A DNA stretch of 62,982 bases, the filler included, from Hyphochytrium catenoides (taxonomy: Eukaryota > Protista > Hyphochytriomycota): NCBI GenBank assembly GCA_900088475.1. It is 8 parts of 8 records of this genome, joined end to end, with 100 filler letters (N's around TTAATTAATTAA, not from the genome) between each part and the next. Parts side by side here need not be neighbours in the genome. Positions count along the whole stretch, not along the records: positions 31,081 to 52,668 come from FLMG01004109.1; 7 more parts are not named here. The stretch is one strand, 5' to 3'. The notes beneath the pieces were generated by a model. That model was not told where the DNA came from, made no database searches, and was given only the letters and a program-made list of their open reading frames with translations. Positions 37,504-49,107 of the stretch are shown here, in pieces. Position 1 is the first letter of the stretch. Every line of letters begins with the position of its first letter. The translations under genes and the position numbers were made by a program.

Positions 37504-38865
37504 AGCACGCAGCAACTACCACTTTCTTTAGGTCCGGGCCCACAAAGAGTCTCAGAATGGAGCCCGCAACCTTCACTAACCGCGAACCAGAAGCTCAATG
37601 GCTCCCATTAGGACGATTGGAAGGTCAAGATGCTCATTGTCCTCGTCGAAGATATCCGCCAGTGCATCAACTAGCCCAGCGGCACCATCTCTCCACCCAG
37701 AGCTGAGACGTCCAGCAGAGGAGCTGCTGATAGCGATGAAGCGTCAGGCCTTACCTTCAGGGTCACTGACGCGGCCAAGGAGGACAAAGCCTCGGCAGCT
37801 ATCGTCCTATCTATCGATGACGATCAGCTCATTCACGTCCGCAGCGCCAACACTGCCGACGAAGCCTGGCAAGCCCTTAAGCGCCAGTATGAGACCCCGG
37901 TCCTCGCTAACAAGATCTACCTTCGCAGCAACTCCTGCAGCTGCGTATGGCTGATGGAGAGAGCATCACGGCGCTCTTCAGCCGAATGGCCTCCCTGCTT
38001 CACAAGCTACGAGCCATCAGAGTCATTATCGACGAAGACGAGCAAGTCCTTGTCGTCCTGAACAGCCTACCAGATTCTTACACCTCCCTGGTCACTGCCC
38101 TCGCCAGCCGACCAGACGATTTGACCATCGACTTCTTGAAGGCCCTTTCAACGAAGAGGCCCATCGCCTCTACGCCCCTTCGAAGGCCCCTACCTACCCT
38201 GGCACGAGAGCATACGTCGTGTCAGATGTCAAAGCACGACCACTGAAATCAGGTGCGCTTCCTGCTCGCAGCGGTCACCTGACTCAGCGCGGCGGTCCCA
38301 GCCGCTCTACCTCACATCAACCCACTTTCCCAACGCCTCAGCGCAAAGGCACCTACGACTACTGCCACAAACCCGGCCACTGGATGGACGAATGCAGGAA
38401 GCAGCAACGCGACGAAGCCTCCCGCCAGCCCCGCGCCTTCGCCGCCACTCACACTACGCCTCCAGCGATTCAGGAGCTAACCATCCGGCTCATTGACAGC
38501 GGAGCTACCACGCACATGTCCTGCCAACGGGAGTGGGTCACTACCTTCAGCCCTAAGGAACACGCCCGTCTACGTCGCCGACAACCGCTCTGTCACTGCC
38601 ACTAGTCCCAGCGAAATCTTTCTCTCTGTCGACGTTGATGGCCACCCCTCTACCATCAAAGTTCTCAACGTCCTTTATATACCTGCCCTCGGCAGAATCT
38701 CCTCAGCGTCTCCGCTGCTACCGCCCACCATGGCCTGGAAGTCGTCTTCTCTGGATCCTCTGTTCTCTTCTGCGACCCTTCCACTCGCATCACCTACGCT
38801 CAAAGTTGCGCGCAAGACCTGCTCTTTGTACTCTCCACCTCTTCTTCTTCCGCTAGTGCCTTCTC
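37504..38865 (+). mobile_element. Second degenerate copy of the same copia gag-protease region, inverted
   Basis: ATG at 37557, VVLNSLPDSY, YCHKPGHWMDEC and LIDSGATTHM (aspartic protease). Contains stops and frameshifts. Confidence 0.9.
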
Positions 38866-40185
38866 AGCGCTTAATATATAGGGGTCATGGAAGACCGCGA
38901 TGTGGGACCAAAGAGACCTAATAAGCCGTAGGGAGTTCAAAGGTCTAGATGCTGGTGGACCAAGTACGCGAGTGCTTGTTATTCCACTCGGCTCTCATCA
39001 TCCTGAGTCTTGATGAATATAAACGGTTCGAGACAAAAAGGAGAACGATAAGGAATGGGTCTTATGCAGAAAGAGGACACCGTAGCTGAAGCACTCCGTA
39101 GCTAAGGCGTACAGAGAATGAAACAGGAAGAGCGGACAGGGACCCAAAAAAGCAAGAGGTCGAGAGAAGAGTGGAAAGATGTCTATTGCAGAAGGATGAC
39201 GACCGTACTATCAAATGCTACTGTCCTGGGAGAAGATTAGAAGAAGAAGGAGCACGCCGAAGAAGATCAAAGGGTTCTGCATCTCTTTGAGCTGCGATCA
39301 AGGCCTCATCTTCTCTCTCCTTCTTCCATCATCGGAAGCCCTCATGTGGCCTCCAGGCGGCGTGCCGACGCGGGAGCAAGTCAAAAGCGTGGACCTTTGT
39401 GGGCGAGCACTGCCCAACGTTAATCTATAGAGAAATATCTAGTAGCAAGACGCGGTGGGGTGGCCCTTGGGTGTACCGTAGTTCTTATTATCGGGCAACA
39501 TGAATCCTCCATCGATCTCAGTAACGTCTGCCTGTCTTATTCTTGGCCGCTCCACCCTAGTTTTTCTTTTTTTTTAGTGAGAAAGCACTCTGGTCTGGAC
39601 GTTCGTCCTCCAGATTACTGATTCATTTTAGGAGAGCACAGTAAATCTCGGATGCCTTCCTTTTAACTTCGTTTTCATTCGGGCATTCCATCATGCTTTA
39701 TTTTTTATACAGGTACAACGGTGAAGACAGGGAGGGAGGGATCTTTTGCACTAAAAAGCTTCTTTGTTGTTGTTGGATCTGAAGGGCGTGCTACCATGCT
39801 GAGAGCAGCGGAACAGGCTCCGGTTGGTTGCTGCACTGGGCGGGCGGCCTATGTAACTGTTTGTCCTCGTTTATCCTGATGACTTGCTTGAAGGTTGTTG
39901 CGGCACCACTGCATAGCTAGGTAGGTCGAGTCAGCTGTGCTGCTTCTATCATCATCAGGTGGTGCTGCCCGCTGTGTCTAGATTCTTCTTCTGAGCAGCA
40001 GGGCGGCGGCAGAAGAGGCTGAGGCTGACTGAGCAAATGTGGAAGTGACGCAGGAGGTCAGCTCATCCTACTGCCGCGCCAGGAAAACCTACTATTCCTC
40101 CTCCTTCCTCCCCGGATATTCCGCCTTCGTGGGCCTGATCAAATATAGTGCTCGTAGACTTCTGGCCACTGTTGTCCACCAAAAG

Positions 40186-40977
40186 ATGGAGGCGGCTATC
40201 TCATGCGGTGATCTCGCTCACGTCAAGGAGCTTGTGGAGAAGAAGTTTGTCGATGTCAATGGTAGGATTGCTAATCACATGCAGCATTGCTTCTTGGCCC
40301 ATGCTCTTGTATCTCAAGAAGCCAGTATTGCGAAGTACCTGATAGAAAGAGGAGCGGATCTTACTTGGGAGGACTCTCTCAGCAGAAACCTCCTAAGCTA
40401 TGCTGCAGAAGAGTACAATGTTGGATCAGTGGCTGAAGTACTGCTTCGGCGTGGGTTGTGTCCCAATTCCGCTGGATATCCTGCTTTGTACTATGCCGCA
40501 AAGCAGAATTGTAACCTCGCTCTCAAACTTATCCAGAGTGGTGCAGATGCTAATAGGAAACATCGTTGTGGCGACACGGTGCTAATGGCTGCGGCAGGGT
40601 CTCCCAATAGTACAAGCCTGAGAGTGGTGCGAATTCTCCTTCAAATGAAGGTCAACGTTAATGCGACCAACCGTTATGGATGGAAGGCTGTCCACTTTGC
40701 CGCTGACGCTGGTAATTGGTATCTAGTGCGCTTGCTTCTGCGAGCTGCTGGTTCTGAAGGCTTCCGTGAAGAGAGTGCTGCTGTCCGAAGAGACAAACGC
40801 AGTGTTAGGTGGTACCATAGGCTACGTTTAATGCAGGCTTTGGAGGATGTAACCGAGGAGCTGAAGTCGACGTTCTGGAGGATAGTATACTCCCAGAGAG
40901 TTTTGCAGCAAATGAACCTACATCCACGCTTTGTTAGCGTTCTTGCTGAAAGATGGTATGCAGAGGAAAATTCATAA
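40186..40977 (+). CDS. Ankyrin-repeat protein, apparently intronless
   Basis: YLIERGADL, YPALYYAA, GADANRK..GDTVLMAAA, VNVNATNRYGWKAVHFAADAGNWYLVRLLL. Confidence 0.9.
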   Translation: MEAAISCGDLAHVKELVEKKFVDVNGRIANHMQHCFLAHALVSQEASIAKYLIERGADLTWEDSLSRNLLSYAAEEYNVGSVAEVLLRRGLCPNSAGYPALYYAAKQNCNLALKLIQSGADANRKHRCGDTVLMAAAGSPNSTSLRVVRILLQMKVNVNATNRYGWKAVHFAADAGNWYLVRLLLRAAGSEGFREESAAVRRDKRSVRWYHRLRLMQALEDVTEELKSTFWRIVYSQRVLQQMNLHPRFVSVLAERWYAEENS

Positions 40978-41310
40978 CTCCTATGGCTATCCGCTACGAA
41001 GAAAAGCATTGGGCTTGTTACGGAATCTTGTCATAGCCATCTCAAGCAAAGATATGAAGCCGATGTTCTGAGATTTCCGTGAGGTTATCATGTCAGTTAA
41101 TGTCATCTATTTATCGTTCTTTGGGATCAGACCACGCGGAGCCCTACGGAAAGCTTACACGCTGCTGCAGTGCTACCCCGAAGGGGTGTGATCATGAGAC
41201 AGTAGCCAAAAGCGGGTCGGTGCTGTCGCCTTCGAACATCATTTGCGGATTCAATGTAGTTCTGTCGGAAAGATGCTAGAGCGTCCCAATCAAAATCTGT
41301 CTGCCATTCC

Positions 41311-42864
41311 GTGTCCTTGTTGGACAACCAACTTTCTGCTTGGCTACTCTTCTTTAATCCAGTAGCGAAGGCGAAAGCGTCCAAGGATACATCTTGGCGT
41401 AGCCAAGCGGAAAGTTGGCGGAGAAGCGCTAGGAACCACTTCAGAGACGGTACAACTCTAGAACAGGAAGTTGATAATAACTACTATGGTGACCGTCAGC
41501 TGATGCCAAGTTTCAGTGCCATCATAAGCAGGGGCCGCCAATTCTTGCTCAACAGTGAGGAAGTCGTAGAAATTGATAAAGGTGATGGGACTAGTGACAT
41601 GGAGTTCCAACCAAAGCCCAAGAACGTGAAGTGTACAATGAACTTGAGGACATTGCTGCTGAGGAATGTCCGTTGCTCACGAAGTTCATGCTTGCACTCT
41701 GTGCCTTTGCCTATATTATGCCGGCTACGGACATGTCCGCCGTGGCAGGACTATATCTCTGGATGATGGAACTTAGAGAGTACGTCGACCACGAAGGTGA
41801 AGCCATTGAGTTTGGTCCCGGCAGGTTGATATACCGTGCTGGACAGAAGCAAATAATGTGCTTCCAAATCCGATTCTCACGCAACAAGAAGCATGAATGC
41901 GACAAGACATTGAAGCGGCTGCTAGGATCCAACAACCTTAAGGATCTAGTTTCACTCGTGCCTGACTGCTTTTACTTTACTGGGAACTTTCTTAAGGAGG
42001 TTGACGAGGTTTCGGAGGAACATCCTGACAACGACGTGGATATACCGATCATCTTCAAAGCACTAGCCTTTGAAAAGTTCGTCTTAGGTATACCAGGCTA
42101 TGGAGATCTTGCACTGGTTCTTCATGATCTTCTGAACAAGGACATTGCATGCGCTAAGTGGGACTCTCCAATCGGCCTTCTAGCAAAGCAGCTGGAAAGA
42201 GCTTGCCCGGTGGCCTACAGGCATCGCTGGGGCAGTACAACTCCAGACCTAAACTGGCTTCTACATACGCCAATGTTTCCCGACCACTATGACTGGTTCT
42301 TTATAGGTAATCGTGGACCCACAGTTGACGCTGTTCAAGCTCTACTTCCTCAAGACAGCCGTGATCGCTGTGAACATTATTCAGCAGTTTATCATCGTCT
42401 CTCTTGTGGTGGTGCTGCTATTTGCCGTCCAGGTTTATCTCATTCTAGGTGGAGACTCGGTATGGACGACTACCAGGGTTATTTCGGCAGCCATCAGTGC
42501 TGGTACATCAACCTTGGCAGTTTACAACGCCTGGACCGCAGCGATCAGCAAAGGGATAGGTGGGTTTCTTTCAGGTGTCGGAGTATCGGTGATCAGGTCC
42601 CTATCTCAGTTGCAAGCCTTACGGTGGATGAACTCGGAACGGTTCAACGCTGCTGTCAGTGAGCTGCTGGAAGCGAAGGTGACCGTTGGGGGCCGCTACG
42701 CTTGCATCAACAACACCTTCTATGGGCCCAAGACACCAGAAGCAGGAGGTGACTTTTTTGATTTCGATGTTCCGCTGGACATGGCAACCCTCAATCAAAA
42801 AGGTGTCGATAATGGTGCAGTTGATAAGGGATGGGGAAGAGCGGGTGTACCGCATGTCCTATGA
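41311..42864 (+). pseudogene. Frameshifted gene for an unknown protein with C-terminal hydrophobic segments
   Basis: Three overlapping same-strand ORFs (41311-41766, 41631-42662, 42313-42864). Protein-like composition switches frame near 41630 and 42310. Confidence 0.5.
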
Positions 42865-44346
42865 GGACCTAGAGCTATTGCACTCCGGTGCATCTCTTTT
42901 GCTGGAGGAGATTATCCCTACCGGTTTCAGGTCTTACCATGCCCTACAGTCACTGGTACGCGTATGGTTACAGCCTCACGATCAGGTGACAATCATGTTG
43001 GGCCCCGGCGCGCTGCTTGGTGGAAACGAGTCGCACCTGGGCGGTGCAATCAAGGGTCACACGGGGCAAGTAGTACGCAACGCCTACCGTCATCGTCATG
43101 AAGCACCTAACAAGAAGGAACCTGAACCAAGAAAGCTGGAGCAGCACGGAGTTCTCCAAGAAGGTAGCCACACGGTCAAGAGAAAGCCGGACGATATGCA
43201 GCTTAGACATTTAGCTAGGGACTCGAGTAACCTCGTATAATTCACACCTACTTCGAGCCTTTGCAGGGTAATCACTACTATCAACAGCTTTTTTCACGAA
43301 AGTTCAACCCGCTCTCCGCGCTAACTTGTAGGTTCTTTTTCCGTGGTGGTCAAGGAAGGTCCGTAAAGGAGTGTCCTCAAAAGTTGGAACAGTGTAAAGA
43401 GATGTTATTGACGCAGCACCAAATCATACGAAGGTTGAGAAACCCTCCATAACAGCTGGGGTGGCAATAGGGAAGTCTTCTTTTTTAGAGTTCTTTTCTT
43501 TTTTACTGGACGTGGGTGGCGGTAGTGAAGTTTAGGTGTATTGGCTATAGAAAGAACGTTACGGAGTTCAAGGGGTAGTAAATAGCACTATCATAGTGAG
43601 TGTAGATAGGGGGTTGATGGGAAGTGTGTTTGGCCTTTCACATGATGATGCAGAAGAAGCTGGATCAGTGTAAGTACATGGTCACCTAACAACATCGTCT
43701 CATCATAGCTCTGAGATCCCACCGTCTCTAAAATTCTTTTGATAGCAGCAGCATACTGTCAAACCATATCCTCCTTTTTCTTTTTATTTCATGGAACTGA
43801 TTGAGGTCCCACCGCCTTGTAAAATCTTTCGATAGCAACAGCATCGTCTCAAAGCTTATCCTCTTCTTTTGTGTTTCTGGGGCAGTAATGGAGGTTGTGA
43901 ATTGGCTACAGTACAGAAGTTCACCTGATGATGGATTGTAACGGGCATTCTGACTGTTAACGGCTTGGAAATGGTCATGGCTACCACAAGTATCAACCAA
44001 TCAGGGCCTGCTAGCAAACCATAACAGCCAATCACAGGGAGCGCTAATAGAAGTCCTAGTTCAGAGCACATTGACTGTAGTCATCTATAAGCAACAGTCT
44101 CCTATTATCTTCCCGTTATACATCTGATGTAGGTGGATTGCCTAGCGGGCCTGGCCCGTATTACCAAGGAAGTCTGACAGTAGTATATGACTCTTTCTAC
44201 TATTTTTCATACAAACATCTTACCCCTACCTCCTTTATACACATGTCTACTCTCATAACCTAAGAGCCTGCAAGGAGCAAAAAAGTTAGCGGAACTCAAC
44301 TCCAACTAACTCCCAGTCGGGTCTCCCAATTGGGGTTGGCGGCAAA

Positions 44347-44616
44347 TCAGTCCATTCCCCTGGCGTTCCACTGATCGTAGGGCCTCCTGCTCCAAGTACG
44401 AAGTTTATTGCGTTTAGCAAATAGATCTCCCAAAAGCTGCATCTTCAGTGTCTCTGAGACTGGATTCAACTCTAGCAATAGTAAGAGCACCCTGATGTGA
44501 CCACCTCTTGCTGCTGCTTCATACACTTCCGGCTCAGTAATATCACCACCAATACCCTTCAAGACCAAATACAGCAGGACATGAAGGGTTGCCATTAGCT
44601 GCAGCAAATCAATCAA
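44347..44616 (-). pseudogene. Ankyrin-like repeat gene fragment, 3' end partly duplicated at ~44934-45012
   Basis: VYEAAARGGHIRVLLLLLE. The block ccactgatcg.agggcctcctgc..ttgcgtttagcaaat..atctcccaaaag occurs twice. Confidence 0.6.
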
Positions 44617-44710
44617 TGAGGTTCTGATCCAAATCGTTTTTATAGATTCAGAAACGGCTCTTTACTACACTGATCTTACAAAAGGTAAGGGGTTGTGACC
44701 CAAGCAGGCC

Positions 44711-44788
44711 ACAGCACCCAAGCAACCACAACAGGACCCAAGCAACCACCACAGGACCCAAGCAACCACCACAGGACTCAAGCAACCA
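44711..44788. repeat. Minisatellite, 20-bp unit x4
   Basis: acaggacccaagcaaccacc with few substitutions. Confidence 0.9.
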
Positions 44789-45446
44789 GCAATTGAAGAA
44801 CGTCTTGGCGGTATTTGCAAGCTTTCCTACTTAACTAGCACACGACCTTTATCCTTAGCTTTGACGGACCAACTAAAGCTCAAGCGATTCTGAACTACCG
44901 GATTCTAACTTCAATTCACCTCTTCACGTACTGTCAGTCCACTGATCGAAGGGCCTCCTGCCCAAGTAAGAAGTATATTGCGTTTAGCAAATGCATCTCC
45001 CAAAAGTTGCACGTTGTGATATATAATAAAAAATGAGAGATTTGTTGCTTCGTTGTCACAGAAATCTTGACCCTTTTCCTTGATGCATAAGAACTGGTGT
45101 GCTTGTGTATGCTGTCTTTATTGGGATGCCAGTTTAAGGAAGAGTAAGCTAGGGGCCTACAAATTCCATTCATAAAATAGAACAGTATCTGGAGTCACCA
45201 TGGCTAAGTGGTTAGGGTGTATTGACGGATGGAGTCACCATGGCTATTCAATTATTGACTAAAGTATATGAAATTGGGTATCGCATCAGACAAGAGACCG
45301 GCGGTATGAGTTAGGTGTGGCCCTTTCAAGAAGATGCTGTTAATAAGTGTCTTTAGAAAGGAAGACCTTCCCATCAGACTTTGATCTATTCAAGTTCCGG
45401 CTCACGAAAAAGCTCACTAGAAAGCCACCGGGACAACAGAAGTGAG

Positions 45447-47540
45447 TCACTCTGTTATCTGCTCCAGAAATCCCGTCAATGCTGCCCATACTGTTGGACC
45501 TGCATCAGCACCTCCTTGTATTTTTTCCGCCGCTCCCTGCATGAGATTTTCGAGCTTTGTGAAGATTTTCCAATCATTCTCGCGTACATATTGATACTCC
45601 TGCTCACTACGGAAGAAAACGTTCTCAGATTCGGTAAAGTACTCTCTTAACCGCATATCCAGGCCTTGGCGATCTTCGTCAGACAACTCAGACATAACTG
45701 GCTCTAATGTATTCTTCGCTCGATAGTAGAGATTCTTTCGGAACGTTGAATAGTCGTTTAAGCGCCACATGATCCACCTGTTACGGCCAGATTCCATGGG
45801 GAGACGTAAGTATGGCTGGGAGAGAACCCAATAAACCGTTTGCCAATGACCACTTTCAAGTGCCTCATCGAGCTTTCGCCCGGAATAAGGCACTAACCCT
45901 TCCAATCGTGACCATAAGTACTGTACGATCGCCAACGACCCACCACATATCGCGTGGTCCACAATTAAATTTGCGCTATCTGGACCAAACCTCCGAAGTC
46001 TGACTTCAAACAAGAACTTAAAAGTATCCACGTGACCTTCCCCTGCAGCCATTCCTAATAGGTACTCAAGCCACCACCAAAATTCATATTCATTGTCAGA
46101 AAGACCTTCTGTTATTCTGCAGGATTCGTCCAGGTATTGGACGATGTCAAGATGACCAAGCGCCACAGCCAGCTCCAGTGCGAGCTTCGCAGAGAAAGTC
46201 GCGTCCCCACAGATCTCATATGCGAATTGAACGGCACCAAGATCACCACTCTTCACTGCTAGTACCAACAAGTTATCAGGGAGGCAGTCTTTCAGTACAG
46301 GGCATATCGAAAGAATCCATTTGGCCACGCTGACATGGCCCTTGCAAATTGCACTGCCTACAGCATTCGAGCCAAAGTGGATTCCCTTACTACGGCTATG
46401 TAGCCATTCCAAGACCTTTAACTGTCCCGCTTCGACAATTCGCATCAGATCCCGTGTGGAAGGCCACCCACCAAGTTCCGGGAACTGCCGCTCCAAGTAC
46501 ATCAATACATCTACATGGCCATTGACCGCTGCCTGGCAGAGTTGAAGGGATGAGGGCCTGTGGCGAGACGTCACGTCAGGGTAGAGTTCCTTCATCCAAT
46601 CGACAATATCCCAGTGTGCATTTAGTAAGGCCTTATCGTATATAAGAGCCTGGTCTCGGTCAACCCATTCTGGATAAAACTCCTTTGACCATAAGAGAAA
46701 GTCAAGCCGTCCTCCTTGTGCAGGTATGCTCAAACTCAGGGTAGTCGTGCGGCAAGAAGTTGGTCCTTGAGCGCTTAACCATTCAAAAAGTTTGATCTGG
46801 CCATAGAATGCTGCAAGGCGCTTAGCTTTCTCATACAGGTTGTGTTCATCAATGCAGATGCTGATGGCCATCTTCGGTAATAGCCACTCCACCACCTTTA
46901 GATGTCCATTCTTGATTGCACCCCACAAGCCCCATTCTCCCAGTTGATAAGTTGTGTTGTCGGATAGCCATGTGAGTATGTCCAGATGACCTCCTACCGC
47001 AGCGAGATCTGTGACCAAGAGCTTTGAATCTTCCTTGATACTATAGTCCTCCCCACCACTGCATTGGTCCACGTTGTGGGAAGTCTCTTCTGCTAGTAAA
47101 GCCTCTAAAGCCTCTAGCGAATCACCCTCACCCGCGCGGGAGGTGTAGCCGTCAAGCCTGCGATGATAACCTTTATACCCTGACTGCGGACGCCGCCGCT
47201 CAGAACCAAAGCCCCAGTGTAAGGGTATAGGGGACTGATTAGCACCTCTAGCACGATCGTAGGGTTTGATAATCGCGCCAGAATTCCCTCTCGTGATGAT
47301 GAATTTTACTGTTTCCAAGTCTCCCTGGCTCACCGCAACCCATACAGCGTCATCAGTATACACAAAGTCCTTCGCCTCAGACTCATGTTTCAGCTTCATG
47401 AGTTCCATGTGACCCGCTCTCATTGCCATATCCCCATTGTGATAGTCTTTGAAGGCAATTCCCCGCTGAAAATCCAAAATTGCGCTGACCAAATGACTGT
47501 CAGTGAACACTTCGCATGTAAAAGATGACTCCTCCATCAT
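45447..47540 (-). CDS. Intronless 697-aa divergent ankyrin-like repeat protein (AAxxGHLxVxxWL type)
   Basis: Many repeats, e.g. AAVGGHLDILTWL, AIKNGHLKVVEWL, AAVNGHVDVLMYL, AVALGHLDIVQYL. N-terminus VFTDSHLVSAILDFQRG. Confidence 0.9.
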   Translation of the reverse strand: MMEESSFTCEVFTDSHLVSAILDFQRGIAFKDYHNGDMAMRAGHMELMKLKHESEAKDFVYTDDAVWVAVSQGDLETVKFIITRGNSGAIIKPYDRARGANQSPIPLHWGFGSERRRPQSGYKGYHRRLDGYTSRAGEGDSLEALEALLAEETSHNVDQCSGGEDYSIKEDSKLLVTDLAAVGGHLDILTWLSDNTTYQLGEWGLWGAIKNGHLKVVEWLLPKMAISICIDEHNLYEKAKRLAAFYGQIKLFEWLSAQGPTSCRTTTLSLSIPAQGGRLDFLLWSKEFYPEWVDRDQALIYDKALLNAHWDIVDWMKELYPDVTSRHRPSSLQLCQAAVNGHVDVLMYLERQFPELGGWPSTRDLMRIVEAGQLKVLEWLHSRSKGIHFGSNAVGSAICKGHVSVAKWILSICPVLKDCLPDNLLVLAVKSGDLGAVQFAYEICGDATFSAKLALELAVALGHLDIVQYLDESCRITEGLSDNEYEFWWWLEYLLGMAAGEGHVDTFKFLFEVRLRRFGPDSANLIVDHAICGGSLAIVQYLWSRLEGLVPYSGRKLDEALESGHWQTVYWVLSQPYLRLPMESGRNRWIMWRLNDYSTFRKNLYYRAKNTLEPVMSELSDEDRQGLDMRLREYFTESENVFFRSEQEYQYVRENDWKIFTKLENLMQGAAEKIQGGADAGPTVWAALTGFLEQITE

Positions 47541-48079
47541 CTCTCTCTACACTCCTTGTAGGCGTGATGGAAGCTGGAACAACGACCTATGATGATAGAA
47601 GTAGATGGCTGTGCGAACATTTTTATGAAAGCGAGGGAGTGTTTTTATGAAGAAGTGCGTCGCGCTCGCCAACCGTGCGCTTTTTATTATTTATTAAAAA
47701 ATACAGAGACTCTATAATAATAAGCTGAACCAGCCATTTACTCGGTATTTACCAGGTAGTGGTAATCATAAGTTGATAACCAGTAGACAACTCCACAGCA
47801 TCTGGTACTCGTACTGTAAAAGCTCCCAAACAGTGTTCTCCCTTATAAAACGCTGCATGAGATCTTGTAAGGTAATCACTTGTCCTAATCAGTGATAACT
47901 GAGGGTGGCCGTTACAACTGCATGACTTGACATGACCCAAGACCAGGAGGAAGCCAAATTATCTTGGAGACAGAGTCTTCGGATCCTGGTCAGGAGAGGG
48001 CAAAGAGTCTTCCTAAGAGATGATCTCTCTGTCCTGCAGCAGCCAGTGGGAGGAGCGAGGACAGACAGCAACGAGGTCC

Positions 48080-48437
48080 TTGCATTATGGCGGCTAGCTA
48101 GCTAGGTTCCGGAAGTACTAGAAGAGGAGGAGGACGAGCGAGGGGCAGCGAAGATGGGGGTTGGCCAACAAGCGTGCATTATGGCTAGCTAGCTAGCTGA
48201 GCTAGCTTCGGAAGTACCAGGGGAGGGCGAGCGACGGGCAGTGGGGATGGGGGTGGGGCATCGAGCTTGCATTATGGCGGCTAGCTAGCTAAGCTAGCTT
48301 TGAAAGCGCCAGAGGAGGATGGACGAGCGATGGCAGTGGGGATGGGAATGGGGCATCGAACGTGCGTTGTGGCTAGCTAGCTAGGTTCGGAAGTACCAGA
48401 GGAGGACTAGTGAGGGGCAGTGGGGATGGGGGCGGGA
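48080..48437. repeat. Tandem repeat, ~94-bp unit x4, with a (GCTA)n core and G-tracts
   Basis: Units start near 48080, 48174, 48267 and 48362: tgcattatgg..ctagctagct..cggaagtaccag..ggcagtggggatgggg. Confidence 0.9.
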
Positions 48438-49107
48438 CAGGATGATGTGTCTACCGCGTGTCCGACGGCATGGGGCTTTGCGTCCTATCTTCGCTATTGT
48501 TGATGCTTTAGGTACCATTGCAGGGACTGCTTATTATTCACTGGGGAGAAGAAGAAGCGGATGGGAGCAATGTAGCATCCAATAAAGGGAACAACATAGT
48601 TGATCCTATTGCCCATCGTCATCCTCCTCCATAGTGGCTATGCTGTCCCTTAATCCTCTATCAATCAATAACATCATCCTTTTTGTCTGATTGTCTTCAT
48701 CCTTCCTGCAATCTGCTCTTCTGTCACAAGGATGCCCTGAAGCACGACTGCAGCTCCTGGTGGGCTAGATCAGTACTCTGTTAGGGAGATAGGGTGAGAC
48801 ATGGCGCAGGATTATAGTCAGCATGCCCTAACGATAAATACGGGTTGCACGACGGCGGCAAACAAGAGTCAGCATAATGTAAACAGGAACGCTATCGATT
48901 GTGTGCCAATCACTAGCATCCTGGACCTTTAGCGCAAGCTCATCAGCCCAAATAGTCGCCCTGATACTGGCGCTTCAGAAGAGAGCGAAGGGAGATCTGG
49001 AAAAGTGCAAGTTGGTGGTCTACTATCTGGAGCACTTTGATACGAGGATCAGCTTTTGAAACCACTGCATTGTTGTCACTCACTCTCCCTGAGGGAACGG
49101 TCGACAT

